Below, piece by piece: positions 8,009 to 16,168 of a DNA stretch of 24,000 nt; the first letter of the stretch is position 1; every line of letters begins with the position of its first letter. The stretch comes from Gammaproteobacteria bacterium. GTDB lineage: Bacteria; Pseudomonadota; Gammaproteobacteria; Thiohalomonadales; Thiohalomonadaceae. The stretch lies in the NCBI GenBank assembly GCA_041690635.1, contig JAWLGZ010000003.1, positions 347,065-371,064 on the forward strand, in the 5' to 3' direction. The position numbers and the translations under genes were made by a program. The notes under the pieces were generated by a model. The model did no database searches. It was not told the origin of the DNA and was given only the letters and a program-made list of their open reading frames with translations.

Positions 8009-9334
8009 ATGTCGGAGATGACCCCTCGAGAGATCGTCCAGGAACTGGACAAGCACATCATCGGCCAAGGCGCCGCCAAGCGTGCGGTGGCCGTGGCCCT
8101 GCGCAACCGCTGGCGCCGCAGCCAGGTGGACCCGGCACTTCGCGCCGAGATCACCCCCAAGAACATCCTCATGATCGGCCCCACCGGGGTCGGCAAGACT
8201 GAGATCGCCCGCCGGCTGGCGCGACTTGCCAATGCCCCCTTCATCAAGGTGGAGGCGACAAAGTTCACCGAAGTGGGCTATGTCGGACGGGATGTTGAAT
8301 CCATCGTCCGCGATCTGGTCGACATGGCCATCAAGATGGTGCGCGAGGACGAGATGGCCAAGGTGCGCCACCGGGCCGAGGACGCCGCCGAGGAGCGCAT
8401 ACTCGACATCCTGCTGCCCCGCGCCCGCGGCTTCGAAGAGAACGAAGCCGATTCGGCTACCCGGCAGAAGTTTCGCAAGAAGCTGCGCGAGGGCGGGCTG
8501 GATGACAAGGAGATCGACGTGGAGCTCTCCGCGGCACCGGTGGGCGTGGAGATTATGGCCCCGCCCGGCATGGAGGAGATGACCAACCAGCTCCAGGGGT
8601 TGTTCAAGAACCTCGCCGGCGGGCGCACCCGGCGCCGCAAGATGAAGGTGAAGGAGGCCTACCGCCTGCTCACCGACGAGGAGGCGGCCAAACTGGTCAA
8701 TGAGGAGGAGATCAAGCTGCGGGCAGTCACCGCGGTGGAGCAGAACGGGATCGTCTTCCTGGATGAGGTGGACAAGATCACCCGCCGCGCCGAAGGGGGC
8801 GCATCCGGGGTCGATGTCTCCCGTGAAGGGGTGCAGCGCGACCTGCTGCCGCTGGTGGAGGGGAGCACGGTCTCCACCAAGCACGGCATGGTGCGCACCG
8901 ACCATATCCTGTTCATCGCCTCCGGCGCCTTTCACCTGGCCAAGCCCTCCGACCTGATTCCGGAGCTGCAGGGGCGTCTACCGATCCGCGTGGAACTGAA
9001 GGCGCTGACGGTGGAGGACTTCGTGCGCATCCTCACCGAGCCGGACGCCTGCCTCACCGACCAGTACCGGGCCCTGCTCGCCACCGAGGGGATGGAGCTG
9101 GAACTGACCGACGACGCCATCCGCCGCATTGCCGAGATCGCCTGGCAGGTGAACGAGACCACCGAGAACATCGGCGCCCGCCGCCTGCACACGGTGATGG
9201 AGCGGCTGCTGGAGGAGGTCTCCTTCACGGCGGCGGACAGTGCGGAGAAAAAACTGCGGGTGGATGGGGCCTATGTGGATGCCCAGCTTGCAGACCTGGC
9301 GGGTGACGAAGACCTGAGCCGGTATATTCTCTAA
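8009..9334 (+). CDS. hslU: ATP-dependent protease ATPase subunit HslU
   Basis: 441 aa. [32 protein letters not shown], Walker [16 protein letters not shown], Walker [12 protein letters not shown], and IASGAFH...[13 protein letters not shown]. It starts 9 nt after hslV. Confidence 0.97.
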   Translation: MSEMTPREIVQELDKHIIGQGAAKRAVAVALRNRWRRSQVDPALRAEITPKNILMIGPTGVGKTEIARRLARLANAPFIKVEATKFTEVGYVGRDVESIVRDLVDMAIKMVREDEMAKVRHRAEDAAEERILDILLPRARGFEENEADSATRQKFRKKLREGGLDDKEIDVELSAAPVGVEIMAPPGMEEMTNQLQGLFKNLAGGRTRRRKMKVKEAYRLLTDEEAAKLVNEEEIKLRAVTAVEQNGIVFLDEVDKITRRAEGGASGVDVSREGVQRDLLPLVEGSTVSTKHGMVRTDHILFIASGAFHLAKPSDLIPELQGRLPIRVELKALTVEDFVRILTEPDACLTDQYRALLATEGMELELTDDAIRRIAEIAWQVNETTENIGARRLHTVMERLLEEVSFTAADSAEKKLRVDGAYVDAQLADLAGDEDLSRYIL

Positions 9335-9430
9335 GAGTCGCAAGTCACAAGTTTCAAGTGACAAGCACATTGAATGACTCGCGAGACGCCACCACTTCTT
9401 GAGACTTGCGACTTGTCACTTGAAACTACG
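9334..9430. repeat. Heptad-periodic inverted-repeat element (CAAGTnn x4-5 facing ACTTGnn x4-5) centred on the CTCGCGAG palindrome
   Basis: Left arm: CAAGTca CAAGTtt CAAGTga CAAGc (9341-9366). Right arm: tCTTGag ACTTGcg ACTTGtc ACTTGaa ACTac (9397-9429). The symmetry centre is at 9381/9382, inside CTCGCGAG (9378-9385). There is a perfect 16-bp complement between 9350-9365 and 9412-9427. The element fills the hslU-DUF971 spacer from the hslU stop to the downstream SD. Confidence 0.85.
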
Positions 9431-9439
9431 AGGTTACCC

Positions 9440-9811
9440 ATGAGCAAGCCCATGCCCACCGAGATCAAGCTGCACAAGCAGTCCCGCGTGCTGGAGATCG
9501 CCTTCGACGACGGCAACCGGTTCAATTTTCCGCTTGAGTACCTTCGGGTCTACTCCCCGTCGGCGGAGGTGCGCGGGCACGGCCCGGGACAGGAGACGCT
9601 TCAGCTCGGGAAGGAAGAGGTGAATATCGACAAAATCGAGCAGGTGGGAACCTATGCCGTCCAGCTCTACTTCGATGATGGCCACCACACCGGCATCTAC
9701 TCCTGGGAGACCCTGCACGATCTCGGCATCAACCAGGAGCGCTACTGGCAGGACTACCTCCGCAGACTGAAGGAAGCCGGCCACGAACGCAAAGAGCCGG
9801 TTAATGGTTAG
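9440..9811 (+). CDS. DUF971 (gamma-butyrobetaine-hydroxylase N-terminal-like) small protein
   Basis: ATG 9440 with GAGG 6 nt upstream; 123 aa. The pattern LEIAFDDGNRFNFPLEYLRVYSPSAEV...VGTYAVQLYFDDGHHTGIYSWETLHDLG is the DUF971 pattern. The same position downstream of hslU is occupied in Pseudomonas. The track start at 9374 would translate the repeat element. Confidence 0.8.
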   Translation: MSKPMPTEIKLHKQSRVLEIAFDDGNRFNFPLEYLRVYSPSAEVRGHGPGQETLQLGKEEVNIDKIEQVGTYAVQLYFDDGHHTGIYSWETLHDLGINQERYWQDYLRRLKEAGHERKEPVNG

Positions 9812-9885
9812 GTGAAGAAGTGAGTCGCTTTGCTCAACACCGGCTTATTCCCCTGACTGCCAACTCTTAACCGCTGACGACCAAA

Positions 9886-10632
9886 ATGAGCGAAGAGCAG
9901 ATCGATTTCGGCTACCAGCAGGTACCGCGCGACGAGAAGGTCAGGCGCGTGGCCGGCGTGTTCCACTCCGTGGCCTCCCGCTATGACCTGATGAACGACC
10001 TGATGTCGTTCGGCATCCACCGGCTGTGGAAGCGGTTCACCATCGAGACCGCCGGTGTGCGACGCGGCCAGCGGGTGCTGGATATCGCCGGCGGCACCGG
10101 CGATCTGGCCGCGAGGTTCTCCGAACTGGTTGGCCCTACCGGCGAGGTGGTGCTGGCCGACATCAACAACTCCATGCTGGAGGTGGGGCGTCGGCGCCTG
10201 GTGGACCGGGGCGTGGTGGGCAATGTGGAGTATGTGCAGGCCAATGCCGAATGCCTGCCGTTTCCGGATGACCATTTCGACTGCATCACCATTGCCTTCG
10301 GCCTGCGCAACGTCACCGACAAGGACAAGGCGCTTGCCTCCATGAACCGTGTGTTGAAGCCGGGCGGGCGCTGCCTGGTGCTGGAGTTCTCCAAGCCGGT
10401 CGCGCCCGGTCTCTCACCGCTCTATGACGCCTACTCCTTCAATGTGCTGCCGCGCATGGGCCGGCTCGTCACCGGCGATGCGGACAGCTACCGTTACCTC
10501 GCGGAATCGATCCGCATGCACCCGGACCAGGAGACGCTGCGCGAGATGATGAGCCGCGCCGGATTCAGCCGCTGTGAGTATTTCAACCTGACCGGCGGCA
10601 TTGTCGCCCTGCACCGGGGTTACAAGATCTGA
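9886..10632 (+). CDS. ubiE: Ubiquinone/menaquinone biosynthesis C-methyltransferase UbiE
   Basis: [30 protein letters not shown] motif [25 protein letters not shown], and [17 protein letters not shown]...ALHRGYK. It is collinear with E. coli UbiE throughout. Confidence 0.95.
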   Translation: MSEEQIDFGYQQVPRDEKVRRVAGVFHSVASRYDLMNDLMSFGIHRLWKRFTIETAGVRRGQRVLDIAGGTGDLAARFSELVGPTGEVVLADINNSMLEVGRRRLVDRGVVGNVEYVQANAECLPFPDDHFDCITIAFGLRNVTDKDKALASMNRVLKPGGRCLVLEFSKPVAPGLSPLYDAYSFNVLPRMGRLVTGDADSYRYLAESIRMHPDQETLREMMSRAGFSRCEYFNLTGGIVALHRGYKI

Positions 10633-10650
10633 GCCGAGCGCGGGGCGGGC

Positions 10651-10713
10651 GGCAGGTGGTGAAGCGTTCCATCGGCCGGTTATGGGGAGTTCCCCACCTG
10701 CTTCACGCCTGCC
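10651..10713 (+). other. Intercistronic stem-loop between ubiE and the ubiJ ribosome-binding site
   Basis: GGCAGG(10651-56)/CCTGCC(10708-13) plus GTGAAGC(10659-65)/GCTTCAC(10700-06) give a 13-bp interrupted stem. A nested hairpin is TGGGG-AGTT-CCCCA (10683-10696). An alternative 8-bp pairing is GCAGGTGG(10652-59)/CCACCTGC(10694-701). The element ends 2 nt before the ubiJ SD AAGGAGG (10716-10722). Confidence 0.5.
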
Positions 10714-10726
10714 GTAAGGAGGCATC

Positions 10727-11362
10727 ATGGATCACACCGTATCGATGTTGCCGGTCGCCCTGGTTGCGACCCTGGAACAGGTGACAAACGCCGCCCTTGC
10801 GCTTGACCCGGAGCTGCGCGATCGTCTGCGGACAATGGAGGGCCAGGTCCTCGGTGTCGAGGTGATCGGGCTCGGGATTCGTCTCTATCTGATACCGACA
10901 CACGATCGGCTGCGCCTGCTCGACCGCTTCGATGGTGCAGCCGACGCAATGGTACGCGGCTCACCGCTGTCGCTGCTGCGCCTCAACGCCAGCGCCAATG
11001 CCGAGAGGCTGTTCGGCGGCGAGGTGGTGGTGGAGGGAGACCCGGAGGTCGCACGGCAGTTCCAGGCCGTGTTCGCGCGAATGGATGTGGACTGGGAGGA
11101 GCATCTCTCGCGCATTACCGGCGATGTGATTGCCCATCAGATCGGTACCGGGGTACGCGGCTTTCTCGACTGGGGGCGCCAGGCCGCAGCGACACTCGGT
11201 CGCGACGTTGCCGAGTATCTGCAGGAGGAGCGGCGCACGCTGCCGAATCGCGAAGAGGTCGAACGTCTGCTGTCGGCCGTCGATGAACTGCGCATTGACA
11301 GCGACCGGCTGGAGGCGCGAATCCGGCGCCTCGACCAGCGCATGGGAAAAGCGGGCGACTGA
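10727..11362 (+). CDS. ubiJ: Ubiquinone biosynthesis accessory factor UbiJ (SCP2-domain protein, YigP-like)
   Basis: ATG with AAGGAGG 4 nt upstream. It has an N-terminal SCP2-like lipid-binding region and the C-terminal amphipathic helix typical of UbiJ (EEVERLLSAVDELRIDSDRLEARIRRLDQ). Its position between ubiE and ubiB is conserved. Confidence 0.8.
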   Translation: MDHTVSMLPVALVATLEQVTNAALALDPELRDRLRTMEGQVLGVEVIGLGIRLYLIPTHDRLRLLDRFDGAADAMVRGSPLSLLRLNASANAERLFGGEVVVEGDPEVARQFQAVFARMDVDWEEHLSRITGDVIAHQIGTGVRGFLDWGRQAAATLGRDVAEYLQEERRTLPNREEVERLLSAVDELRIDSDRLEARIRRLDQRMGKAGD

Positions 11363-11506
11363 TCGCATCACCGTTTGCTGGATAGAGGTTTTTGGTCCTT
11401 CTTCCCAGGGGAGAGGGCATGTTTGTACAGTGTGTAAGTGGTCGCTTCTTGGGGGTGTGATGTACAACGAAAAGCGGAACGCAACCGGCGCGGGGGCGCT
11501 GGGCGG

Positions 11507-13159
11507 GTGATCACCCCGAGCCAGGCACTGCGCGTCGCCTACATCAACTGGGTTCTGATCCGTCACGGGCTGGACGAGCTGCTGCTGACCACCCCGCTGT
11601 TCCGTCCCGTCGCCTTCCTGCGCCACTTGATGTGGTGGCGGCGGCTGCGCAAGCCGGGCACCCGCGGCGAACGCATCCGCCGGGCACTGGAGGACCTCGG
11701 GCCAATCTTCGTCAAGTTCGGCCAGGTGCTCTCCACCCGCCGCGACCTGTTTCCCGCCGACATCGCCGACGAGCTGGCCCGCCTGCAGGACCGGGTCTCG
11801 CCGTTCCCCGGCGAGGAGGCACGCGCTATCGTCGAACGCGCCTACCGCAAGCCGATCGAAGAGGTGTTCGCCCACTTCGACACCCACCCCATCGCCTCCG
11901 CCTCGGTCGCTCAGGTACACGGCGCGCAACTGCTCGACGGGCGCAAGGTGGTGGTGAAGGTTTTGCGGCCGAACATTGCGCCCACCATCCGCCGTGACAT
12001 CGGTCTGATGTACATCGTCGCCGACCAGCTCCAGCGCTACTGGGCCGAGGCGCGGCGGCTGCGCCCGCGCGAAGTGGTGGCGGAGTTCGAGAAGACCATC
12101 CTCGACGAACTGGACCTGATGCGCGAGGCGGCCAACGCCTCCCAGTTGCGGCGCAACTTTGCCGGCTCCGACATCCTCTACATCCCGGAGATCTACTGGC
12201 CCCACGTCCGGCGCAACGTCATGGTGATGGAGCGGATCGAGGGGATTCCCATCAGCAACGTGGAGGCGATCCGCGCGGCCGGAGTCGATATGAAACTGCT
12301 GGCGGAACGCGGTGTGGAGATCTTCTTCACCCAGGTGTTCCGCCACAATTTCTTCCACGCCGACATGCACCCGGGGAACATCTTCGTCACCCCGGAGGCG
12401 CGCTACATCGCCGTGGACTTCGGCATCGTCGGCAGCCTGAGCCCCGAGGACAAGCGCTACCTCGCCGAGAACTTCGTCGCCTTTTTCCACCGCGATTACT
12501 ACCGCGTGGCCGAACTGCACGTGGAATCGGGCTGGGTGCCGGAAAACACGCGTGTTGACGAGTTCGAGGCGGCCATCCGCACCGTCTGCGAACCGATCTT
12601 CGAGCGGCCGCTGTCGGAAATCTCCTTCGGCCAGTTGCTGGTTCGGCTGTTTCAGACTGCGCGGCGCTTCAACATGGAGGTGCAACCGCAGCTGGTGCTG
12701 CTGGAGAAGACGTTGCTCAACATCGAGGGGCTCGGCCGCCAGCTCTACCCGCAGCTCGACCTGTGGCAGACCGCCAAGCCGTTCCTGGAGCGGTGGATGG
12801 ACGAGCAGGTGGGCACCCGGGCGGCGCTCAACCGCATCCGGAGCAACGCCCCGCGCTGGGGCGAAATCCTGCCGGAGCTGCCGGGCCTCATCAATGATGT
12901 GCTCACCCGCGCCCGCGACGGCGAGCTCTCCGTCCGCACCGAAGCGGAGCAGTGGCGGCAAATCCGCCGCGAGATCCGGCGTGCCAACCACCGTACCTTC
13001 TCCGCCATCGTCGGTAGCGCCCTGATCATCGGTGCCGCAATGATCGTGGCACTCGACGGCTATGCGCCGCAGATGGTCTTCGGAGCACCGCTCCTCTCGT
13101 GGGTACTCGGCGCCATCGGCACCCTGGTCGTCCTGCTCAATTGGCCGCATAGGGACTGA
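11507..13159 (+). CDS. ubiB: Ubiquinone biosynthesis regulatory protein kinase UbiB (ABC1/ADCK family)
   Basis: [65 protein letters not shown], and two C-terminal TM helices. I place the start at GTG 11507 ([25 protein letters not shown]) because it aligns residue-for-residue with the E. coli N-terminus [24 protein letters not shown]. The track start at 11438 would add 23 non-homologous residues. Confidence 0.92.
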   Translation: MITPSQALRVAYINWVLIRHGLDELLLTTPLFRPVAFLRHLMWWRRLRKPGTRGERIRRALEDLGPIFVKFGQVLSTRRDLFPADIADELARLQDRVSPFPGEEARAIVERAYRKPIEEVFAHFDTHPIASASVAQVHGAQLLDGRKVVVKVLRPNIAPTIRRDIGLMYIVADQLQRYWAEARRLRPREVVAEFEKTILDELDLMREAANASQLRRNFAGSDILYIPEIYWPHVRRNVMVMERIEGIPISNVEAIRAAGVDMKLLAERGVEIFFTQVFRHNFFHADMHPGNIFVTPEARYIAVDFGIVGSLSPEDKRYLAENFVAFFHRDYYRVAELHVESGWVPENTRVDEFEAAIRTVCEPIFERPLSEISFGQLLVRLFQTARRFNMEVQPQLVLLEKTLLNIEGLGRQLYPQLDLWQTAKPFLERWMDEQVGTRAALNRIRSNAPRWGEILPELPGLINDVLTRARDGELSVRTEAEQWRQIRREIRRANHRTFSAIVGSALIIGAAMIVALDGYAPQMVFGAPLLSWVLGAIGTLVVLLNWPHRD

Positions 13160-13317
13160 CCGGTCCGAGGTGACTACAAACTGACCTGCCACGCGAAAAA
13201 CAACCCCTTCATCCCACCACCATTTAACGAATGACGCCGCCCGCTTTGGGCTTGTGTTAATGTCGGCGTGTTGTTCCGGCCTGACACCAAAATAACAGGG
13301 AAAGCAGGGGAGGCTTC

Positions 13318-14916
13318 ATGCGTCAAATCATCGCCCGTCTCATTCAAACCGGATTGCAGACCATCGGCATCCGTACCTTCGATGGTCAGTTTCTCTTCTC
13401 CTACGTCCTCATCTTCCTCTTTGCGCTCACCACCGCCGCATCGCTCTACCTGAGCATGGAGGCGGATGCCGGTGCCATCAACATGGCTGGTGCACAGCGG
13501 ATGTTGAGCCAACGGGTTGCCAAGGAGGCGCTGCTCGCCGCGCAGGGCGTCGGCGACAGGGCACAGGTGCAAAAGACGGCAGAGACCTTCGAAAGTGCCC
13601 ATAAGACACTGCTCGATGGGGATGCCAAGGCCGGTATCACGGCGGTGAGCGATCCCGCCATCCGGGCCCAACTGGAAAATGTCGCCGGCATTTGGCAGGA
13701 CTACAAGAAGGCGATCCTCGGCTACGTCAACGCGGCCGACGCCGCCGGCCTGAAGGCGTTACACGAGCAGTCGCCGGTCATTCTCAAGGAGATGAACGCG
13801 GCGGTGATGATGATGGAAAAGGCGGCCAACGCCAGTGTCCGTAATCAGCAGATCCTTGCGCTGGCGATGACCGGCGGCATCCTGCTCATCGTGGTGTTCG
13901 GACGCATGTTCGGCATGACCTGCCTGATGGGGCAGGTGGAGGTGCTCAAGCAGCATCTGGTCAAAGTCAGCGAGGGGGACTTTTCGCAACGTCTCGAAGT
14001 GGAAGATGACCACAACGAGATCGGCCAGATGTTCGCCGCCTACAACCGCATGCTGACCCAGGTGGGCGCGATTATCACGGCCGTGGAGACGGTCATAGAA
14101 GAGGTGGGGAGCGGCACCGAGCACGTGGTCGGCAGTCTGCGCGAAACCGCAGGAGGTGTGCGTCAGCAGAACAGCGATATCGACCAGGTCGCCACCGCCA
14201 TGAACGAGATGGCTGCCACCGTGCAGGAGGTGGCAGGCCACGCGGCACAAGCTGCTTCAGCCGCGGAGCAGGCCTCCAGCGAGGCGGGGAGCGGCCGGGA
14301 GGTGGTGGCGCGCACCGTGGAGAGCATTGATCGCCTGGCGCGCCACGTAGAGGATGCGGCCGAGGCGATGCAGAAACTTCAGGCCGATAGCGAGCAGGTG
14401 GGGCAGGTGCTGGAGGTAATCAACGGCGTTGCCGAACAGACCAATCTGCTTGCTCTCAATGCGGCCATCGAGGCGGCACGCGCCGGCGAACAGGGCCGCG
14501 GCTTTGCGGTTGTGGCGGATGAGGTGCGTACCCTGGCCCAACGCAGCCAGCACTCCACCGAGGAGATCCGCACCATTATTGAACGGCTGCAAAGCCGGGC
14601 CCGGGAGGCGGCTGCCGTCATGGAGCGCAGCCAGACCCAGGCGCGGGAGGGGGTATCCCAGACCAAGGAGGCAGGTAGCGCCCTGAAGAGCATTGTCGAC
14701 GCGGTCGCCACCATCACCGACATGAACACTCAGATCGCCACCGCTGCCGAAGAGCAGTCGCAGGTGGCGGAAGAGATGGACCGCAATATCACCCGCATCG
14801 CCGGAGTGGCCGACAACACCAGTCGACTCGCCAACGACACCGTGGGCGAGATCGAAGGTATCAGTGGACAGATGCAGGAGTTGAAGCTGCTGGTCAGGAA
14901 ATTCCGCACCGCGTAG
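13318..14916 (+). CDS. Methyl-accepting chemotaxis protein with a PilJ/NarX-P-box-like periplasmic sensor domain
   Basis: GGGGAGG lies 6 nt upstream of the ATG. TM1 is followed by [17 protein letters not shown] (hallmark of the PilJ-type four-helix sensor), TM2, HAMP ([27 protein letters not shown]), and a signalling hairpin ([38 protein letters not shown]). There is no C-terminal NWETF-type pentapeptide. Confidence 0.93.
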   Translation: MRQIIARLIQTGLQTIGIRTFDGQFLFSYVLIFLFALTTAASLYLSMEADAGAINMAGAQRMLSQRVAKEALLAAQGVGDRAQVQKTAETFESAHKTLLDGDAKAGITAVSDPAIRAQLENVAGIWQDYKKAILGYVNAADAAGLKALHEQSPVILKEMNAAVMMMEKAANASVRNQQILALAMTGGILLIVVFGRMFGMTCLMGQVEVLKQHLVKVSEGDFSQRLEVEDDHNEIGQMFAAYNRMLTQVGAIITAVETVIEEVGSGTEHVVGSLRETAGGVRQQNSDIDQVATAMNEMAATVQEVAGHAAQAASAAEQASSEAGSGREVVARTVESIDRLARHVEDAAEAMQKLQADSEQVGQVLEVINGVAEQTNLLALNAAIEAARAGEQGRGFAVVADEVRTLAQRSQHSTEEIRTIIERLQSRAREAAAVMERSQTQAREGVSQTKEAGSALKSIVDAVATITDMNTQIATAAEEQSQVAEEMDRNITRIAGVADNTSRLANDTVGEIEGISGQMQELKLLVRKFRTA

Positions 14917-14924
14917 CACGCCCA

Positions 14925-14983
14925 GGGCAATCTCATTGTGCCGATTCGCCGAGTCTGGTTAGCGGCACAATGCGATGTTGCCC
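14925..14983. terminator. Candidate bidirectional terminator hairpin between the convergent MCP and dctP genes
   Basis: Perfect 10-bp stem CATTGTGCCG (14934-43) / CGGCACAATG (14963-72), plus an outer 6-bp stem GGGCAA (14925-30) / TTGCCC (14978-83). There is no clear U-tract on either side, so intrinsic-terminator function is uncertain. Confidence 0.45.
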
Positions 14984-15032
14984 CAGGAATTTCGTTCAAT
15001 TTGGGAGCGGCGCGAACGGGCCACTCACAGGC

Positions 15033-16025
15033 TCAAAGCGCATCGCGCTCTTGCAGCAAAGCATCGAGGATCTTCCTGCCGCGTTCACCGGCCATCTCCA
15101 CATAGGTGTCTCGCACCGGCAGGCTGCGCTGGCGGAACACCTCCCGTTCGGCGTCGGTCAGCTCGACCATCTCGATGTCGCTGCTGGCCCGTATCTTCTC
15201 CAGCCGCTCGCGATTGAACCGCTTCTGCACCTCGAATATGTAGTCGTTGAGCTCGGCGATGCTCTCGTCGAACGCTTCGCGGATGTCCGGCGCCATGGTG
15301 GCGACGAACTGCGGGTTGGCGACCACGGTGGCGATGAAGGGGAGGTGGCGCGGGAAGGTCATCGCCTGCTGCACTTCGTAGAAGCTCATCTCTTCGATGG
15401 CGAAGACGGGATTCACCTGGCCGTCGATCATGTTGAGCTGTAGCGCGCCATACACCTCGGCGTAGGGCATGGGTGTCGGGTTGGCGCCGTAGGCCTTGTA
15501 GGCCTCGACCAGCAGCGGCGACACCATGGTGCGCATCTTGAATCCGCCGAAATCGGCCGGGGTGCGCAGCGGCCGGTTGCCGGTCCACGCCATCCACCCT
15601 TCGGTGACGATGGCGAGGAGATCGAGGTTCTTCTCCCGGTAGGCCGCGCCGAGCAGTTCGTGCAGCGCGGCACTCCGCTCCAGCAGGCGGCGCAGGGCGG
15701 CGTCCTCTTCGGGAAAGAGGAAGTGCAGGGAGAATATCTGGCTCTCGGGCACCACCGAACCGAGGTGGCCGGGGGAGGCGAAGGCGAGCTGAATGGCGCC
15801 GCCCTGCACCAGCTCGGTGAGCTGGGCGGAGGTACCGAGGGTGCCGTAGGGGTAGACGCTCACCTGCACACGACCGCCGCTCTTCTCCGCCATCAGTTCG
15901 GCGAATCTCTGCGCGTAGGCGTCCTGTACGCTGCCCTGGATCTCTTCGATGGCGAACCGCCACTCCTGGGCGGCGGCCTGCATTGCGACCGCCAGTGACA
16001 GGACGATTCCGACCAGTACCCGCAT
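15033..16025 (-). CDS. TRAP transporter substrate-binding protein, DctP family
   Basis: ATG 16025 (MRVLVGIVLSLAVAMQAAAQ signal peptide; GAGAGGA SD directly upstream) rather than the track start 16097. DctP-family pattern throughout (GTLG...L..GAI.LA, FKMRTM, P.PYAEVY.ALQ...DGQ.NP). The substrate is not inferable. Confidence 0.88.
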   Translation of the reverse strand: MRVLVGIVLSLAVAMQAAAQEWRFAIEEIQGSVQDAYAQRFAELMAEKSGGRVQVSVYPYGTLGTSAQLTELVQGGAIQLAFASPGHLGSVVPESQIFSLHFLFPEEDAALRRLLERSAALHELLGAAYREKNLDLLAIVTEGWMAWTGNRPLRTPADFGGFKMRTMVSPLLVEAYKAYGANPTPMPYAEVYGALQLNMIDGQVNPVFAIEEMSFYEVQQAMTFPRHLPFIATVVANPQFVATMAPDIREAFDESIAELNDYIFEVQKRFNRERLEKIRASSDIEMVELTDAEREVFRQRSLPVRDTYVEMAGERGRKILDALLQERDAL

Positions 16026-16074
16026 TCCTCTCTCCCGGTTCAATCCCTTTTTCACGTTAACACAGGGGGCGCGT

Positions 16075-16121
16075 CGGTGCCGGGCGTGGCACCGCAACCG
16101 CGCTGAATGTCGGTGCGCACC
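16075..16121. promoter_or_regulatory. Operator-like palindromes sharing the GGTGC half-site, overlapping a sigma54-like -24/-12 element, in the dctP / dctQM divergent region
   Basis: CGGTGCC-N6-GGCACCG (16075-16094) and the perfect 10-bp palindrome GGTGCGCACC (16112-16121). The 8-mer GTCGGTGC is repeated at 16073 and 16109. On the + strand, TGGCACcgcaaccGC (16087-16101) has a perfect TGGCAC -24 box and the -12 GC at correct spacing, but CC instead of TT. It lies 68 nt upstream of dctQ. Confidence 0.3.
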
Positions 16122-16168
16122 CCTTTCCGGTATGCTGAAAAGATGTTGTTCCAGGACCAGAAAGTGCC

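Noticed and set aside
9334-9430. Whether the short tandem units could be a CRISPR array or a mobile-element terminal inverted repeat.
   Set aside because: The units are 7 nt with no spacers of CRISPR size. There are no cas or transposase genes and no target-site duplication. The element sits exactly within a conserved hslU-DUF971 spacer.
9374-9439. Upstream ATG (9374) for the DUF971 ORF, adding 22 residues (MTRETPPLLETCDLSLETTRLP).
   Set aside because: These codons are simply the right arm of the heptad palindrome read as protein. ATG 9440 has a properly spaced GAGG SD and gives the typical DUF971 length.
11438-11506. GTG 11438 as the ubiB start (573 aa).
   Set aside because: The extra 23 residues ([22 protein letters not shown]) have no counterpart in UbiB homologues. 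The only good SD in the spacer is 20 nt upstream of it and serves ATG 11419 in another frame. GTG 11507 aligns with the E. coli UbiB N-terminus.
10961-13192. 743-aa minus-strand ORF opposite ubiJ/ubiB.
   Set aside because: It is an antisense shadow of unmistakable UbiJ/UbiB coding sequence. The translation is Arg/Gly/Ala/Pro/His-rich and low-complexity with no recognisable motifs.
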